A stretch of DNA of 64,000 nucleotides from Felis catus (GCF_018350175.1 NC_058368.1:65102001-65166000); one strand, 5' to 3'. Numbered from the stretch's first letter, positions 37,337-50,867 are shown. Translations and numbers: made by a program. Notes: generated by a model from the letters alone, not told the origin.

Positions 37337-38961
37337 TAGACTATAAGGTTTAAAACAAAGTAAAAGCTGTTACAGAAATTGCATAGTTATATGGGACTTC
37401 TTTTACCTTTAAAGTACAGAGTATTCATCAGGCTATAATGAATCTGACTAGGTTAATTTTTTTTTTAAGTTTTGGGTTTGGCCTTGCTTTTATATTTATT
37501 TTTAACATCAAGAGTATTCATAGAAAGGAACCACTGCAGAAATGGATCCAAGTTTCTGTATTAGTTACCTTCTGTGACAACCATCTCAAAATCTGAAGTT
37601 AAATCTTCTGAAATTTTTAATTTCAAAATTATACCAACATCTGACTATGAGATATCATATATCTCTTATTAACCAATTACATATGTTTGATATTAGTTCA
37701 TTCTCTGTGGAAAAAATAGGATACCTTCTGTAGTCTTCAGAGGCTCCACAAGGTTATTAGGAAAAACAAGAACATACATTTTTTTTAAAAAATACATCAA
37801 CATATGTCATATGTTATGATTTCAGAAAGGCTTTCACACTCCCTTAATATGAATTACATGGTGGGAATCGCTAACTTAAATAGATATTACAAGGCAAAAC
37901 AAAACAAAACCAAAAAAAGTGTTTTCCATTCTACCTCATGACCTTGCTTCACTCCTATGACCAATGACAATGGCTTTTTCTTGATGATGCCATTTAGCTT
38001 ACTTTGATCCTTACGATGCACAAGAAATACTTTCATCACTGACATTGATTTGTTATGCATTTGACTTTTTGATGAAATGGAGGGATAAATCCCTCCTTGT
38101 TCTATTAGTATGATGGCATGGCATTACAAATTACATGTTTGTTTTCTAGTAAAATATAAATGACACTAGAGAAAGCAATTTATTCTAAAACCATAGTATA
38201 AACTTCTATATTTTCAAAGAACTGATGTAATCAAGTTGATAAACCATGAACCAGGCTTATTTAAATGAGTTGTCTTTTGGCATATGGAAAGAATTATTTT
38301 CTGTTATGAAAATCAAACAAGCTGTTAGTGAATCACAGAAGACAAATACAGAAAATTGCCTTGTGAAATCACATTTCAGGAGGATCCATCGCCCATAGCA
38401 ATGATAAAAGAACAAATGGAATATCAGAATGAAATGTGTCTGTGTTAGCAATAGAGAAGACAAAATCTTCTTTCCTAATATTGTTCTAAACATATTAAAT
38501 ATTAATCATGCCAATAACATAAGTGTTTGAATAACTGAGATACCTATAGTACTGCCAAAATCCCACAAAATTAAAACTGTGTTTCCAGGAGTAATGGTGG
38601 ATTAGATATTCTGGCTGCTCCTGTTTTTGCAAACAAGAAAAAATGCTAGGTAAAATGATTTTCTAATATCTTAAAACACATTAATGAACTGACAAAAGCA
38701 TTGAGAAGTACAAAGAGGTTAAAAAGAAAGAAGTTTTATTTCAAAGAAGTAAGCAGAGCACTAAAACGTACTTACATATTGCAAGAGGTTTTGCTGAGAA
38801 ATTCATCTTTAGTTTTCATAAATTTTAAAGAAATGGATGCCTGGAGAAAAGCCCAAGAAACATCGAAGATATAGATACTACTAGAAAACTTCCAAAATAT
38901 TCCTGGAAACTCAAAGTACTACACCTTCAGTGTAAAGGTGAGTTAGAAATAATCTTGGACT

Positions 38962-39191
38962 GGGGCACCTGGGTGGCTCAGTCGGTTAAGCCTCTGACTT
39001 GGGCTTAGGTCATGACCTCACAGCTAGTGAGTTCGAGCCCTTAGGCTCTGTGCTGACAGTTCAGCTAGGAGCCTGAAGCCTGGAGCCTGCTTCTGATTCT
39101 GAGTCTTTCTCTCTCTGCCCCTCCCCTGCTCATGCTCTGTCTCTCTCTCAAAAATAAGTGAACATTAAAAAAAAATTGTAAAATAAAAAAG
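38962..39191 (+). mobile_element. CanSINE
   Basis: TSD gaaataatcttggac (38946-38960) / gaaataatcttagac (39192-39206). Confidence 0.96.
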
Positions 39192-39368
39192 GAAATAATC
39201 TTAGACCCCACATGAAAGATTTTAAGAAAATTCAGCAAGTGAAAAACTTAACACTGAGTTTGAAGTGATCTCCCCCAAAAATGTGCAACCACAGGTGGGT
39301 CTTTCCTCAGTTTGCAACCAGTGTAGTTCAAATAGCTGTAAGGTATGAGTTTGATTAAAAGTGGTCAT

Positions 39369-39645
39369 AGAAACAAAACAAACGAACATAGAGGGGGGAA
39401 AAGGAGAGAGGCAAACCATGAAAAAGACTCTTAATTGTAGAGAGCAAACTGAGGGTTGCTGGAGGGGAGTTGGGAGAAGGGAATGGGTTAAATAGGTGAT
39501 GAGTAATAAGGGCCGCACTTGTGATGAGCACTGGGTGTTGTATGTAAGTGATGAGTCACTAAATTCTACACCTGACATTAATAGTACACTGTATGTTAAC
39601 TAACCAGAATTTAAATAAGAACTTAAAACAAATAAACAAACACAC
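39369..39645 (+). mobile_element. Carnivore L1 3'UTR fragment
   Basis: 'agagcaaactgagggttgctgg', 'gatgagcactgggtgttgtatgtaagtgatga'; TSD-like aaaagtggtcat / aaaaggtcat. Confidence 0.9.
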
Positions 39646-40921
39646 AAAAGGTCATGAGTTGGAAGTGCCTCAGACTCCTAGAAGGGGAACAACTTTACTG
39701 AAGAAAATCATTACTGGAGGAAAAACTTTCATGTAAGATCTCAATATTTAACACATAAAATGTTCAAGAAATAGGAACACTCCATCAAAAATAACAAGCA
39801 CACAAGGAAACAAGACACCATGAGGAATAAGACCAGCTGACTTTCAAACCACTTGACCTGTTGGAATTATCACATATAAAATACCATATAATTGTGTTTT
39901 CCACAATCCAAAGAAATGATATAATTTTAGAAGTGTAAAACAATAACATAATAGAATGACAATGGAACAAAACCAAGAATTTTTAAAATTAGCAAATATA
40001 TTTGAAATACAAACAAGTGGAAGTTCTAGAAATAAAATGCATATCAAAGAAGACATTTTTAAAAATCAATGAATGAATTTGATAGCAGATTAGAATAGTT
40101 GAAGACAGAAGTAGTAAATTCCAAAGCATATCTGAAAAGAGTAGTCCAGAAGTCCAGTGATATAGAATATTAGAAATTGAGTTTGAAATACATGGACCAA
40201 GGACAAAGTTTAACTTAGTTCCCATTGGAATTGCAGAAGAGAAGAGAATAAAGCAGAAAAAATTTTAAGAGTAATGATGAGAAATTTTTAGAAAAGTTGA
40301 AAATCACCAGGAAGGAAGGCTCAGGAAGGCCAGTCCACTGCAACTTGGATCAATGAAAATAAAGCCCATATCCAATGACACCACAGTAAAAGTGGCAAAC
40401 ACAGAGACAACGAGAAAATTTTAAAACAACCAAACAGAAAACACAGATTGCTTCAAAGGAAGAATAATTAGACTGACACTAATTTATCAACAGCAATATA
40501 GGAAGAACACAGTGAAATAATATCAACGTGCTGAAAGAAAATAATCATTAACATCAAATAGATACATGGGAAAAAAAGTCTAAAGGCTGCACATCAGGTA
40601 AAGGAAAGTGATCCAACATTAAATATTTGAGCCACAAACAGAAATCAAAACAGAAAATAGCAACCATGTGAGGAAAGCAAAACAAAGACTGACTGTATAC
40701 AACATAATAATTACATCTTGAGAAAGGTTAAAGACAGAATAAACTGTAAGACAAAAAATAGCATATAAAGGCAGAGAGTTCATGAAATAGAAAAAGTTTT
40801 TTCAACTCTTGTATCATTTGTGAGGCTAATGATATTGATTAGCTTTAGAATTTGACAAATTAAAAAATCAGTAACAGCAACAGTAAAACAATGTCAATTC
40901 TCTTCCAATTCCATAGGGGCT

Positions 40922-41378
40922 TATATCAGTCAAGATTCCAGCATATTAGAATAATTTGAAGCAGGAGACCAATAAGACTATTATAAGGGAACAAGTATAA
41001 TGTAGGGAAACCTAAAGGGAGAATTCAGTATTTTGGGCTGTTACCACCTCTAGACCCAAAGGGATGAGGGGAGAGAGCAACTACAAGAATCTTCAAGAAA
41101 TCCTATAAAGATAGATAGCTTTCCAGAGAGGAATTGTAAATGTAGACAAGGCAACAAAGCCAACCCAAAATGACCATACAAAGTAATAAATACCCCAAAT
41201 CCCTCTCCTTTCTGCCATCACTGACCTGCTTGGGTTCGTTGTTAGCTAAACCTTGCCAAGTAACAGATGGCAAAGGAACACATTGATGTAATCCAGACAT
41301 GTCAGTCTCCTGTGGCAAGAGACTATGATGGAGTAAAGCAAGACAATGGATGTGGAAAGCAAAGAGATTTCTAGGCTT
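40922..41378 (-). mobile_element. LTR33-like ERVL solo LTR
   Basis: 'ctgttaccacctctagacccaaagggatgagggg', 'cattgatgtaatccagacatgtcagtctcctgtggca'. Confidence 0.75.
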
Positions 41379-42848
41379 CATGTATGAATAAGCTTCACTG
41401 CAGCATTTTTGTGGTAGCAGACTCTTGGAAGCACACAGAGTTCAAATATAGCGGGCACACATCATGAAATCCTAGGCAGCACTTAGAAGGCAGGCCACAT
41501 GGACAGAGAGCAAAAAGGCAAGTCCTAAATCAATCATGCTGAATTTAAAAATAAAAATTGTAAGGAAGAAAGAGACATCCAGTTCAATAACATCTCCCTA
41601 AATTAAAAACACATGCATACGGAATTACAATCCACACTTAGAAAGATCATATGAAAACAAAACGTTCATAGGGATTTGGTATAACATGAAGGAAAATAAA
41701 GAAAAACAAATATATAAATATGCATATAATACAAAAGAGGGCCTTACACACAAGCACTGAAAATTATGATAATGTACCATGAATTGAACATTATAGTGAA
41801 TTCACTGAAAAATGATACTTGATAAACCTAAAAGAGAGTAAGAAAAGAGAAAAAAGAAACATTGTGGGTTTTTTTGGAAATAAATATATCTATAATTACA
41901 ACAAACATAAGATATATATTATTATTATTAACTATAAAACAGTAATACTAAATAATGATAAAGTTTTAAAAGCTTTGATTCTCTAAGAAAACCTAATAAT
42001 TCTAACATAGAATAGACTGAATAACATGGCTTCTGAATACACACAGTAAAAATTGATAGAACAAGAGAAATTGACAAATCCAGAATCATACTGGTAGATT
42101 TTGACACATCTAATTTACTGATTAAGCAGTTAAAATTAAATCAACAGTAATATCGAAGATGTAAACACATGTTTATAGATGATCTAACACACATATATAT
42201 AACGCACCCCAAACTTACATATATAATACACCCCAAACACATATTATTTTCAAGCTTACATAGAGGATTTCCCATTCGGGTGATGATGGGTTCTCTTGTA
42301 GTAGACAAACACAGACAAAATATAAAATCTATCAGTTTGAAGACATTTGAGACACACTAATCTAGCAAAGATTGAATTGACAAAGATCTGGGAGAAAGTG
42401 GAAAAAGAGCCCACTTCAGCCTCATTCATTCCCAGTTTTTACACCAAGATGTTTGCTGATTTGTTAAGCACTCTTTTCATCAGTCTTAATGGGCTATAGA
42501 GCAACAACTAGTGTACTGAGCCTTCCATGGAGGAAAAAGTCATAGTAAAGACCCTATGCTTTTAGCTAAAATTCCTAAAAGATTACTTCCTAGGAGTGGA
42601 ATTGAACCAAAAACAGACCAGATCTCATAAGACTAAAGCCCAGTCTATAATCAGTTTTTTTCTAGAGGACAATATAACATCCAGATAATCATATTATCCC
42701 TACAATTTTTCATATAACCTGTTTAGCATCATTAAAAAATTACTCAAAATATCAGGATGCAAAACCAAATGATCAGCACCAAGAAGAAAAGCAGAGTAGA
42801 AAAACTATCGCAGGTCACCCGCATGCTGGCATTATAAGAAATGAACCA

Positions 42849-42946
42849 GGGACACCTGGGTGGCTCAGATGGTAGAGCATGAGACTCTTGATCTCTGGGT
42901 TGTGAGTTCAAGTCCCAGGTTGGGTGTAAAGCTTAGTTTAAAAAAT
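42849..42946 (+). mobile_element. Short tRNA-Lys-like CanSINE monomer (no CT tract)
   Basis: 'gctcagatggtagagcatgagactcttgatctc..ggttgtgagttcaagtccc..gttgggtg' parallels tRNA-Lys(CTT); SINE-type 5' end and short A tail. Confidence 0.85.
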
Positions 42947-42991
<45 letters not shown>

Positions 42992-43020
42992 TATATATTA
43001 ATTATATATAATTATATATA
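42947..43020. repeat. (TA)n(TG)n compound microsatellite
   Basis: Seen directly. Confidence 0.95.
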
Positions 43021-43946
43021 CATATCAGAATAAACTAATATATTTATGTCTTCTCTTAAACTACAAATTTGGAAAATGTTTTTTGATAACTGGAAACTAT
43101 AAAAAACAGAACCAAATGTGTATTCTTGAATGGATATACACAAATTTGAAATAAAGTTGAATGGATGTAGTTTAATAGCAGATTAGAAACAGTTGATGAG
43201 AAAACTAATGAAATGGAAGATCAGGCTGAAGACATCAAACAGACTGAATCATAAAGAGAAGACAGGATGAAAATATTTTTTAAAAAAGAGGAGTTATAGA
43301 AGAAATAGTCAAAAATTTTACCATGATGTAATTAGAACCCAGAAGAAGAGAGAGGTAATGAAACAGAAATGGTAACTAAAAAAATAATAATAAAATTTAC
43401 CCAAGGGACATATCCAAGAAGTTCTACAAACCACCATAAAGAAATGAACATGATAGTAAAACTGTTGAAAATAAAAATATTAAAAACAGTCAAGAAATAA
43501 TAAATATTATCTTCAAAAGGCTAATAAGACTGAAAACTGACTTCTCAACAACAAAGAATGGAAGTCAGATGTCAATGTAATATTTTCAACTTCCTAGTAG
43601 AGAATAAATACCTACCTACTTAAAATATTTACCAATATTAAGGGACAATAAAGACACTTTGAGAGAAACAAAAACTGAGAAAATAAATCATCAATAAACC
43701 CAAACTAAAGAAATCATTACTAAAGTTTCCTTAGGCAAAAGGAAAATAATCCATGCAAAGTATAGCGATGCAACAATTCAGAGTTTGAAAAAAGGCAAAT
43801 ATGTGAGTAAATCTAAATAAAGATGAACAAAAATATTACCTTTTGGAAATACATTTATAATCTTAAGATATAACAAATCATACTTTAAAGCAAGGAGCAT
43901 TTCTAGAATAAAGAGAGAATTTTAGAATATAAAGATACATGTTATC

Positions 43947-43954
43947 ATATATAT

Positions 43955-44008
<54 letters not shown>
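43947..44008. repeat. (TA)n microsatellite
   Basis: Seen directly. Confidence 0.96.
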
Positions 44009-44010
<2 letters not shown>

Positions 44011-46450
44011 CATCAAGGTGTAGACTTTAGAATAGCATCAAAAATATGTTGTGTAAAAATAAAATATGTGTGTAGTATTTGTAGAGAAACTTATAAAGCA
44101 TTACTAAAAGTCTTTAGAGAATTAAATAACCTGGAAAATGTACTATATTCGTGGATTGGATGACAATACTATAAAGATGGCACTTTTTCCACAAGTTAAT
44201 CTATAGAGTCAAAGATATTTCCAATTAACAGATTTGAAATCAAAATCACAGGTTTGGAGGCAATGGAAGGGATGTCATAAGTTAACTTTATAATATATAC
44301 TAAGAGCAAATAGCTATAAATAGCCAAGACATTCTGAAGAAGTAAACCAAGGTGACAAGATTTGATTCACAAGATAAAATTCATTATACCTTTAAATGAT
44401 GGCACTTTTGTATTGGTGTAAAGATGAATACACTGACCATGGAGTAGAGATTCCAGAAATGAGCCCACATATTTATGACTGAGCAAGTAGCACAGATGCC
44501 TGGGGGAAGAAAACAGATAATTTGACAAATGATACCCAGACATTTGGGTATCATGTGGGGAATAAATGTAAAGTTGGACATCTACCTGAAAACATCCACA
44601 CATATTATTTTCAGGTAAATTAAAGCAAATGTAAAAGGCAAAATTTTGAAAGACAGTAAATTCATCATCTGAAAGGGAAGGGAAGGGAAAGCTTTCTTAA
44701 ACAAGGTACAATAAATGAAAGCAAAAGGGAAGTATTGATAATTCTGATAACTTAAGAACTTCTCTTCATTAAGATATCATATAATGAAAAGATGAGCCGC
44801 AAACTGGGAGAAGCTATTTGTAACACATTCGTACTTAGATATGTAAAGAACATCTACACATCAATAAGAATATAAAACAAATAATATATATTAAGGCAGT
44901 AATAAAGTAGCACTTAACACTCACCACCTCAAGCACCAGAAAGGATGAACAATAAAAACCATTATTTAGTGTTAGTGGGAGAACACACTGTTGAACAATA
45001 AAAAGCAAACTGCAAACAAACACATACACTATAATTTCACTCCTATAAACTTCAAAAATCTAGAACTCTGAGTCATATATTATTTAGGGAAATAAACAAA
45101 TGTAGGAAAAAACCAAGGTCTAACTAAGGTAATGACTAAAGCAGAAGTCAGGTACTAATTGCCTTCAACGGAGGTAACTTCCTCTAGGGAATTGAAAGAT
45201 AATGGTAATCTTCTTTTCTTAAACTTGGTCCACTGTATCATTGTTCTTAATATCTGGCATCTGTTTTATAAATTATCTATTATAACTATTCAAATAGCTA
45301 ATAAGCACAATTTTCAAGAAGAGTTTTGATATCCTTCTAGACAGACTCAAAGTAGCTTATAACAATTTGCCAGTAATTTCCCAGAAATGGTGTATTGGCT
45401 CCACAGCCTGGACAGAATATTTCATAATATTTGGAACTGAGCAATTTCTGGCAGCACCAGCCCTTTTGTAACCTTATTTAGCATATTATTGGCAGAAGGC
45501 TATAATTGTTAATCAAGAGAAAGTCCTTCTGATGGATCTTGGCATGTCCAATAATTTGGCAAGGAAGGGTCATGAATTTTTAAAGAAATGTATCCACAAA
45601 GAAGAACAACCCTTTCTGCATGAAGTAAATTCTAACAGGGCACCCTAGAACTCAAATCTATGGGATGTTACAGTACTGCCTTATGGAGATAGATATGCAA
45701 ATTGAATTTTATAAACTAAAGAAGCCTTCCTTTTAGCTAGCTACTCAACAGTGGACATAATTTTTCAATTTTGTGCTATAGTAAAACTCAGATGAAAAAG
45801 AGAAGCAATCCAATCCTTTCTGTGTTACACTTTTTGCACCAGAATTTGGCTAAACATGTCCTGTGGAGTACAGGCAGAGTGGGTTCCTGCAAAGGGACAT
45901 GACTTGAGAATATTCCCATCCTCCAAGAAATATTTTTATAGCCTGCTGCTACCCAAATTTCTCATCCCATATTTTAATATCTCTAGTAGAGGTGTCAATC
46001 ATCCCTTTGAGTGAATGAGTTTATGATGTCCTCTCCTGAGAAAAGTAAATCACAGGGTAAGTCACATGAAGAGAAGAGGAAGGACTCTTTCATCCAAAAT
46101 CATCTGAATTTATGGCTGAGGACAACAGGGAAGTAGAGTAAGTGTGAAGGAGTTGCTCCAGAAGGAAGAAACAGGTGAGGAGATTCGAAGGCAAGATTCG
46201 AAGGCAAATGTCACCTACCTCGCTACTTATCACGTTCAAACATTCATTAGATTCTTCTAAACTCTAACTTCCCTAAGGGAAGCGGTTACAAAAGGGTGCT
46301 GTCGTGCAAAGGGCAAAAATTACTACTTTCACCTTCGACAGAAATCCACGAAGTGACTGCCAGCAGCCATCATTTTGGTTGACAGCTAAAGGAAACGAGC
46401 TGCATTTTCTTAAATACCGTTTAACTGGCCTATGAAAGAATGTGGGGGGG

Positions 46451-46672
46451 TTTTCACATTTATTTATTCGACAGAGAGAAAGTGTGTGGGAGGATGCACA
46501 GGGGAGAGGCAGAGAGAGAAGGAGAGAGAGAATCCCAAGCAGGCTCCACACTGTCAGTGCCGAGCCTGATGCAGGGCTCCATGCGGGGCTCGATCTCACA
46601 AACTCCTGAGATCACGACCTGAGCTGAAATCCAGAGTCGGATGTTTAACCGACTGAGCCACCCAGGTGCCCC
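46451..46672 (-). mobile_element. CanSINE with short internal duplication (atgcagggctc / atgcggggctc)
   Basis: Antisense head gccacccaggtgcccc; no clear TSD. Confidence 0.94.
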
Positions 46673-46914
46673 TTCCCTTAGGCCAATGTATTTCCATAAA
46701 AATCTCATTCTGTGTTATCAATTTGCTCGTTTACAAACTACCTTGAAAACAAGAAAGAAAATCAGTCAATCTGATTATTATAATTGCTTACCTTTAACAT
46801 GCATCTCTTTCTTGATGTACGTGATTGCTGTACACGAAAGATGCACACAAAAGACGAAACAAACTACTGTGAAAGTGACTTCAACTCTGACGGGAACAGG
46901 CAATCATATGCTAC

Positions 46915-47385
46915 CACCTCCATCTAACACAGTGGTCACACACAGCTAGTGAGTGCATCACTCATCCCGCTAGTATGAGGAATTAAATTTTAAATTTAAA
47001 TTTAATTGACATTTAAATTTGAAACTTATCCTGAAGTTAATTATTGGAAAACATTTAAATATGTTTGGAATAACTTAAATATGTGGGTCAGCTTTTTCAA
47101 CTTTAAATTTTATAAAATTCATAGTACTTCCAATGAAAATTTAGCATCCAAATTGAGATGTAGTTTAAGTACTCACCAGACTCTGAAGCTTTGGTACAAA
47201 GAAAAAGCAAACCTGCAATAGGTCATTAGTAATTTTAAAATCAATATAGGTTGAAATGACAATGTTTTTGCTATTTTGGATCAAGTAAAATATACTATTA
47301 AAATTAATTCCACTGATTACTTTTTACATTTTGTAATGTGGCTCTGGGAAAAATTTACATTTGTGGCTTGCTATGTATGCACTGT
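46915..47385. mobile_element. MER33/Charlie-like hAT DNA transposon remnant
   Basis: 'atgaaaatttagcatccaaattgagatgt', 'aaaatatactattaaaattaattccac', 'aatgtggct'. Confidence 0.75.
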
Positions 47386-47389
47386 TTTG

Positions 47390-47640
47390 GAGGGAAAATG
47401 TGGTAACATGGAATATGTAGAAAATTGGGACCTGAGTCACATTCAAACTGGGTCTCCTTCAGATTACGCCTGTGTAACCGGGAACAATTCACCTAACGTC
47501 CCTGAACTTTAATTTGTGTGTGTGTGTGAATTAGGTAATACTTCTGAATGAACAAGACTGTTGTAAGGCTTCAGTAAAAAACTTAGGAGAAGGCCTTGAG
47601 AAAAATCGAAGTACTGGTCAGATGCCAGTTATTTTCAGAT
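47390..47640 (+). mobile_element. MIR remnant
   Basis: 'tgtgtaaccgggaacaattcacctaacgtccctgaactttaattt', 'ctgttgtaagg'. Confidence 0.55.
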
Positions 47641-47954
47641 ATTTTATCTTAATCAAGTGTACACTTGAATTGTAAGCTAGATGAAGGTTAATAAATAATT
47701 ATGCTTCTATTTAATCACTGACAATAGTAAAATTGGCTCTAAGCTATAAAACTGTGTTCCAGGAAGTTTCCAGAATGCCAAGAGGCTATCTTATAGCAGA
47801 GATCCAAAGTGCTGATTTCTAAGGTAGGAAAAGTCTGGTGCTTGAATATTTGGCCGCCTTGGTGATTGCCTTTAATAATATGAAGCTACCGCCTGAAACC
47901 CATTTCAGCACATTTGTTTCGCTGGTAAGCCTTAAACAGTGGTAGAGTAGGATA

Positions 47955-48371
47955 CAGGTTTTCCCCACTATCCGAAGCAATTACCATTAATTTGTATGGA
48001 AAAAAATTTGAGCATTCCCAGACCCAAAAAACACATCCCTTACGCTTTTCTGATACCTTACGCACATATTGCTAACGGATGCAACAAAATAAATCAAGAT
48101 AAAGCACAGATGCTCACCCATTTCAAAGCATTGGTGTCTTGAGGCTGCGATGCTGAGTGTAGCTCCCAGGAAAGGAACCTGGCGGGTACGTCCTGTCCCC
48201 GCAACGGCTCACCACAAAGCAAATGCTGAATGCCGTTCGCTGTTGGCCTTTTCTCATAAAAACAAAAACCCTCTCTGGATTTCTTGCAGTTTGCGAAAAC
48301 AGATACTAAGGTAGGTCTTCTATAAAAGCAAAGTAGCGCAACATGAACTTTTGAAAAGCGGGAGATACCTG
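47955..48371. mobile_element. Tigger-type (Tc1/mariner) MITE, carnivore Tigger2-like
   Basis: Imperfect TIRs caggttttccccactatccgaa / (rc) caggtatctcccgcttttcaaa; TA TSD at 47953-47954 and 48372-48373. Confidence 0.88.
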
Positions 48372-48648
48372 TATAAGGCAATTGAGGGCTTGCATTAAGT
48401 GCCAGAGTCAATCAAGTCCCGTTTTCTTCTCAGACCAGGGAGAGGAGAACTGTATGTGCAACAAATATAATTAAACAGCGTTTCACTCATCTTATTTGAC
48501 AGATTAATCTCCACTGGAAGAGTGGGCTGATGAAATGTATACATTGGAAATTTTTGAGAAAAATTTACAAAGCTGTTCTAAATATTAAGACATAATTGAC
48601 TCTAAATAGCTTCTGAGCAGCACCCGTTTTATAGAAAGCCACACTTTC

Positions 48649-48819
48649 TTTTTTTAATTTGAGGGAAAGAGAGCACGCACACGTGCAAGCTGGGGACAGG
48701 GGAAGAGAGAATCTTAAGCAGGTTCCATGCTCAGCATGATGCAGGTCTGACCCTGGGATCATGACACAAGCCGAAATCAAGAGTTGGCCACCCAACTGAT
48801 TGAGTCACCCAGATGCCCC
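48649..48819 (-). mobile_element. Older CanSINE
   Basis: 17-bp TSD tagaaagcc(a/t)cactttc at 48632-48648 and 48820-48836. Confidence 0.94.
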
Positions 48820-49879
48820 TAGAAAGCCTCACTTTCAAAGTGATATGAAAATAGCTACCTCCATTGCATATTGTAATCATTTATGAGTCATATTGTCCCA
48901 GTTAATCAATGATATGGCAATAAATTAATTTAAATGGCCCCTTTTTGCATTGTGAAATCTCGGTCAACAACAACAACAACAAAATCCTGGTTGAAAAACT
49001 GTATTCAAAGTAGTTTCATCACTAAAGGCATTCTACTGCAAATCCTTGATTCTTGTCAGAAGTCTATGGCGTAGACTGAAATTACTTACTAAAGAAACGG
49101 AGCTCGTCCTCCTTGGTTTATGCTGAACCTTATTATGCATGCTCATTCTTTCCAGGAATTGTTAACTGCCAAAAATGTTCATGGCCAAAATTCTTCTACA
49201 GCCATGACCTTGTCCATTTGTCACATTTTTTAATGATTTTGAGGTACAAGTAGATTTGAATTATAGGATTTCAGCAAATAACTCCCTTGTTCTTTTGGTA
49301 ATATTAGAAACATAATTCTCAACCACTCCCGCCTAGTTTTCTAGAACACCACAAACCCCTTGGACAGCAAGAGGCTAACCCACTGTAATTCTCTTCTCTG
49401 CCCTTTTTGCTAATCACCCTTGGATGAATTGTACAAGCATGTGCGTTTGTGTCTTACCTAGTCTTCCTGTGAGATTATTCATTTCTCACAATCTCTCAAT
49501 CTCACCATTGATTTCTATGGTAAGCATATGTAGAGACTATGACTTTTTAATGCTAACACTGTCTTGGAAACTATTAACAATGTAAGACAAAGGGATAAAT
49601 TGCACAAAATTAATATAATTAAGTGAACTTTTACAAATTATCATTTAGGAAGAAAAATATAAAACTTATGGAGAGTGAGCTTTAAGCATTTTACATTTGT
49701 TTTCAATTTTAACAATAATGCTAATAGTGAGCATGTAGTGGACATCCATCCCAAGACCAAAGATGAGTTATCTTTGATTCTCCCAACATGCCTATAGTAT
49801 AGGAACTATCATTATGTCAAATTTACAAGCTCTCTGAGACCTAAAAGGATTTAAAAAGCATATGATTACTCTGTGGAAG

Positions 49880-50145
49880 GATCCATTCATTAGCCATTCA
49901 GGTACCCAGGATGATAGAGTTTCTATCTTTATTTGTGCTTCTTTAGTGCTAGACTTCAGGAAGGGAATATAGTGATCCTGCACTGGTGTTTGACCTTCTG
50001 CCTTGAAATGATACCCAATTCTACTGACATTTCATTGGCTAAAGCAAGTTACATGACCACATACAACTTCAAAAAGAAAGACAAAATGAAATTCTACCTT
50101 GTGTCAGAATGAGAAATGGAACCATTGTGCCTCTAATGACCTCCA
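49880..50145 (-). mobile_element. MLT1J/K-like LTR fragment
   Basis: 'acatttcattggctaaagcaagttacatgaccac..aacttcaa'. Confidence 0.65.
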
Positions 50146-50604
50146 TACATATCAAAGATATGCTGCTTAAGTGATTTTGTTCTCACGAAGGAGTTATAGA
50201 ACACAATATAATACTATATTTATGTTGAACTCTGATCACACATCCTAATTCTTATAATTTATTTATTGCCATATTCTATAGTTCCAATGTACGGATAAAC
50301 TACACTAAGAAAATTCAGTCTATAGCTTCAAGTCCAATAATAAACACTTATCTTGAAAATCCCTTTTTATTTTTCTCCTTGAAGAGTTGAACCAGGGACT
50401 TGGAGATGCTTACAATAATCTATATTACCTCACTTTTCTCACTATCCTTTCCAAATATATTATCCTCCATCATAAATGTCCTTCAGGTTAGTGTCCTCAG
50501 GCTTCACGTACATCATTAATATAATTATAAAATGGAGAATTTCTGTCCATCTCCTTAGTTTCTTTACTCCCTGTTTCCATTATGAGCAATAAATAGGTAA
50601 CTAG

Positions 50605-50748
50605 CTTCTTTTCTTTTTCTTTTCTTTTCTTTTCTTTTCTTTTCTTTTCTTTTCTTTTCTTTTCTTTTCTTTTCTTTTCCTTTTCTTTTCTTTTCTTTTC
50701 TTTTCTTTTCTTTTCTTTTCTTTCCTTTCCTTTCCTTTCCTTTCCTTT
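50605..50748. repeat. (CTTTT)n/(CCTTT)n polypyrimidine microsatellite
   Basis: About 144 nt of uninterrupted pyrimidines. Confidence 0.97.
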
Positions 50749-50867
50749 GAATTCTACGTAACCTTTCTTGGCATTGTTGTATAAGGAGTATAGAGATTTC
50801 TCTGAGTAATATTTAGGGGTGGTCCTGACATGACTCTGAAACATTAATTCACATTATTAGCTTTAAA

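Larger units (their letters stand above)
38580..45310 (+). mobile_element. Cluster of ancient L1M fragments (at least two 5'/ORF1 regions plus ORF2/3' pieces) with nested younger elements
   Basis: ORF1-like 'gcagattagaatagttgaagacag' and 'gcagattagaaacagttgatgag'; ORF2-like 'tactatattcgtggattgga', 'aatagccaagacattctgaaga'. Confidence 0.75.

Noticed and set aside
50497..50844. 115-aa Lys/Arg/Glu-rich ORF
   Set aside because: Translation of the (GAAAA)n repeat
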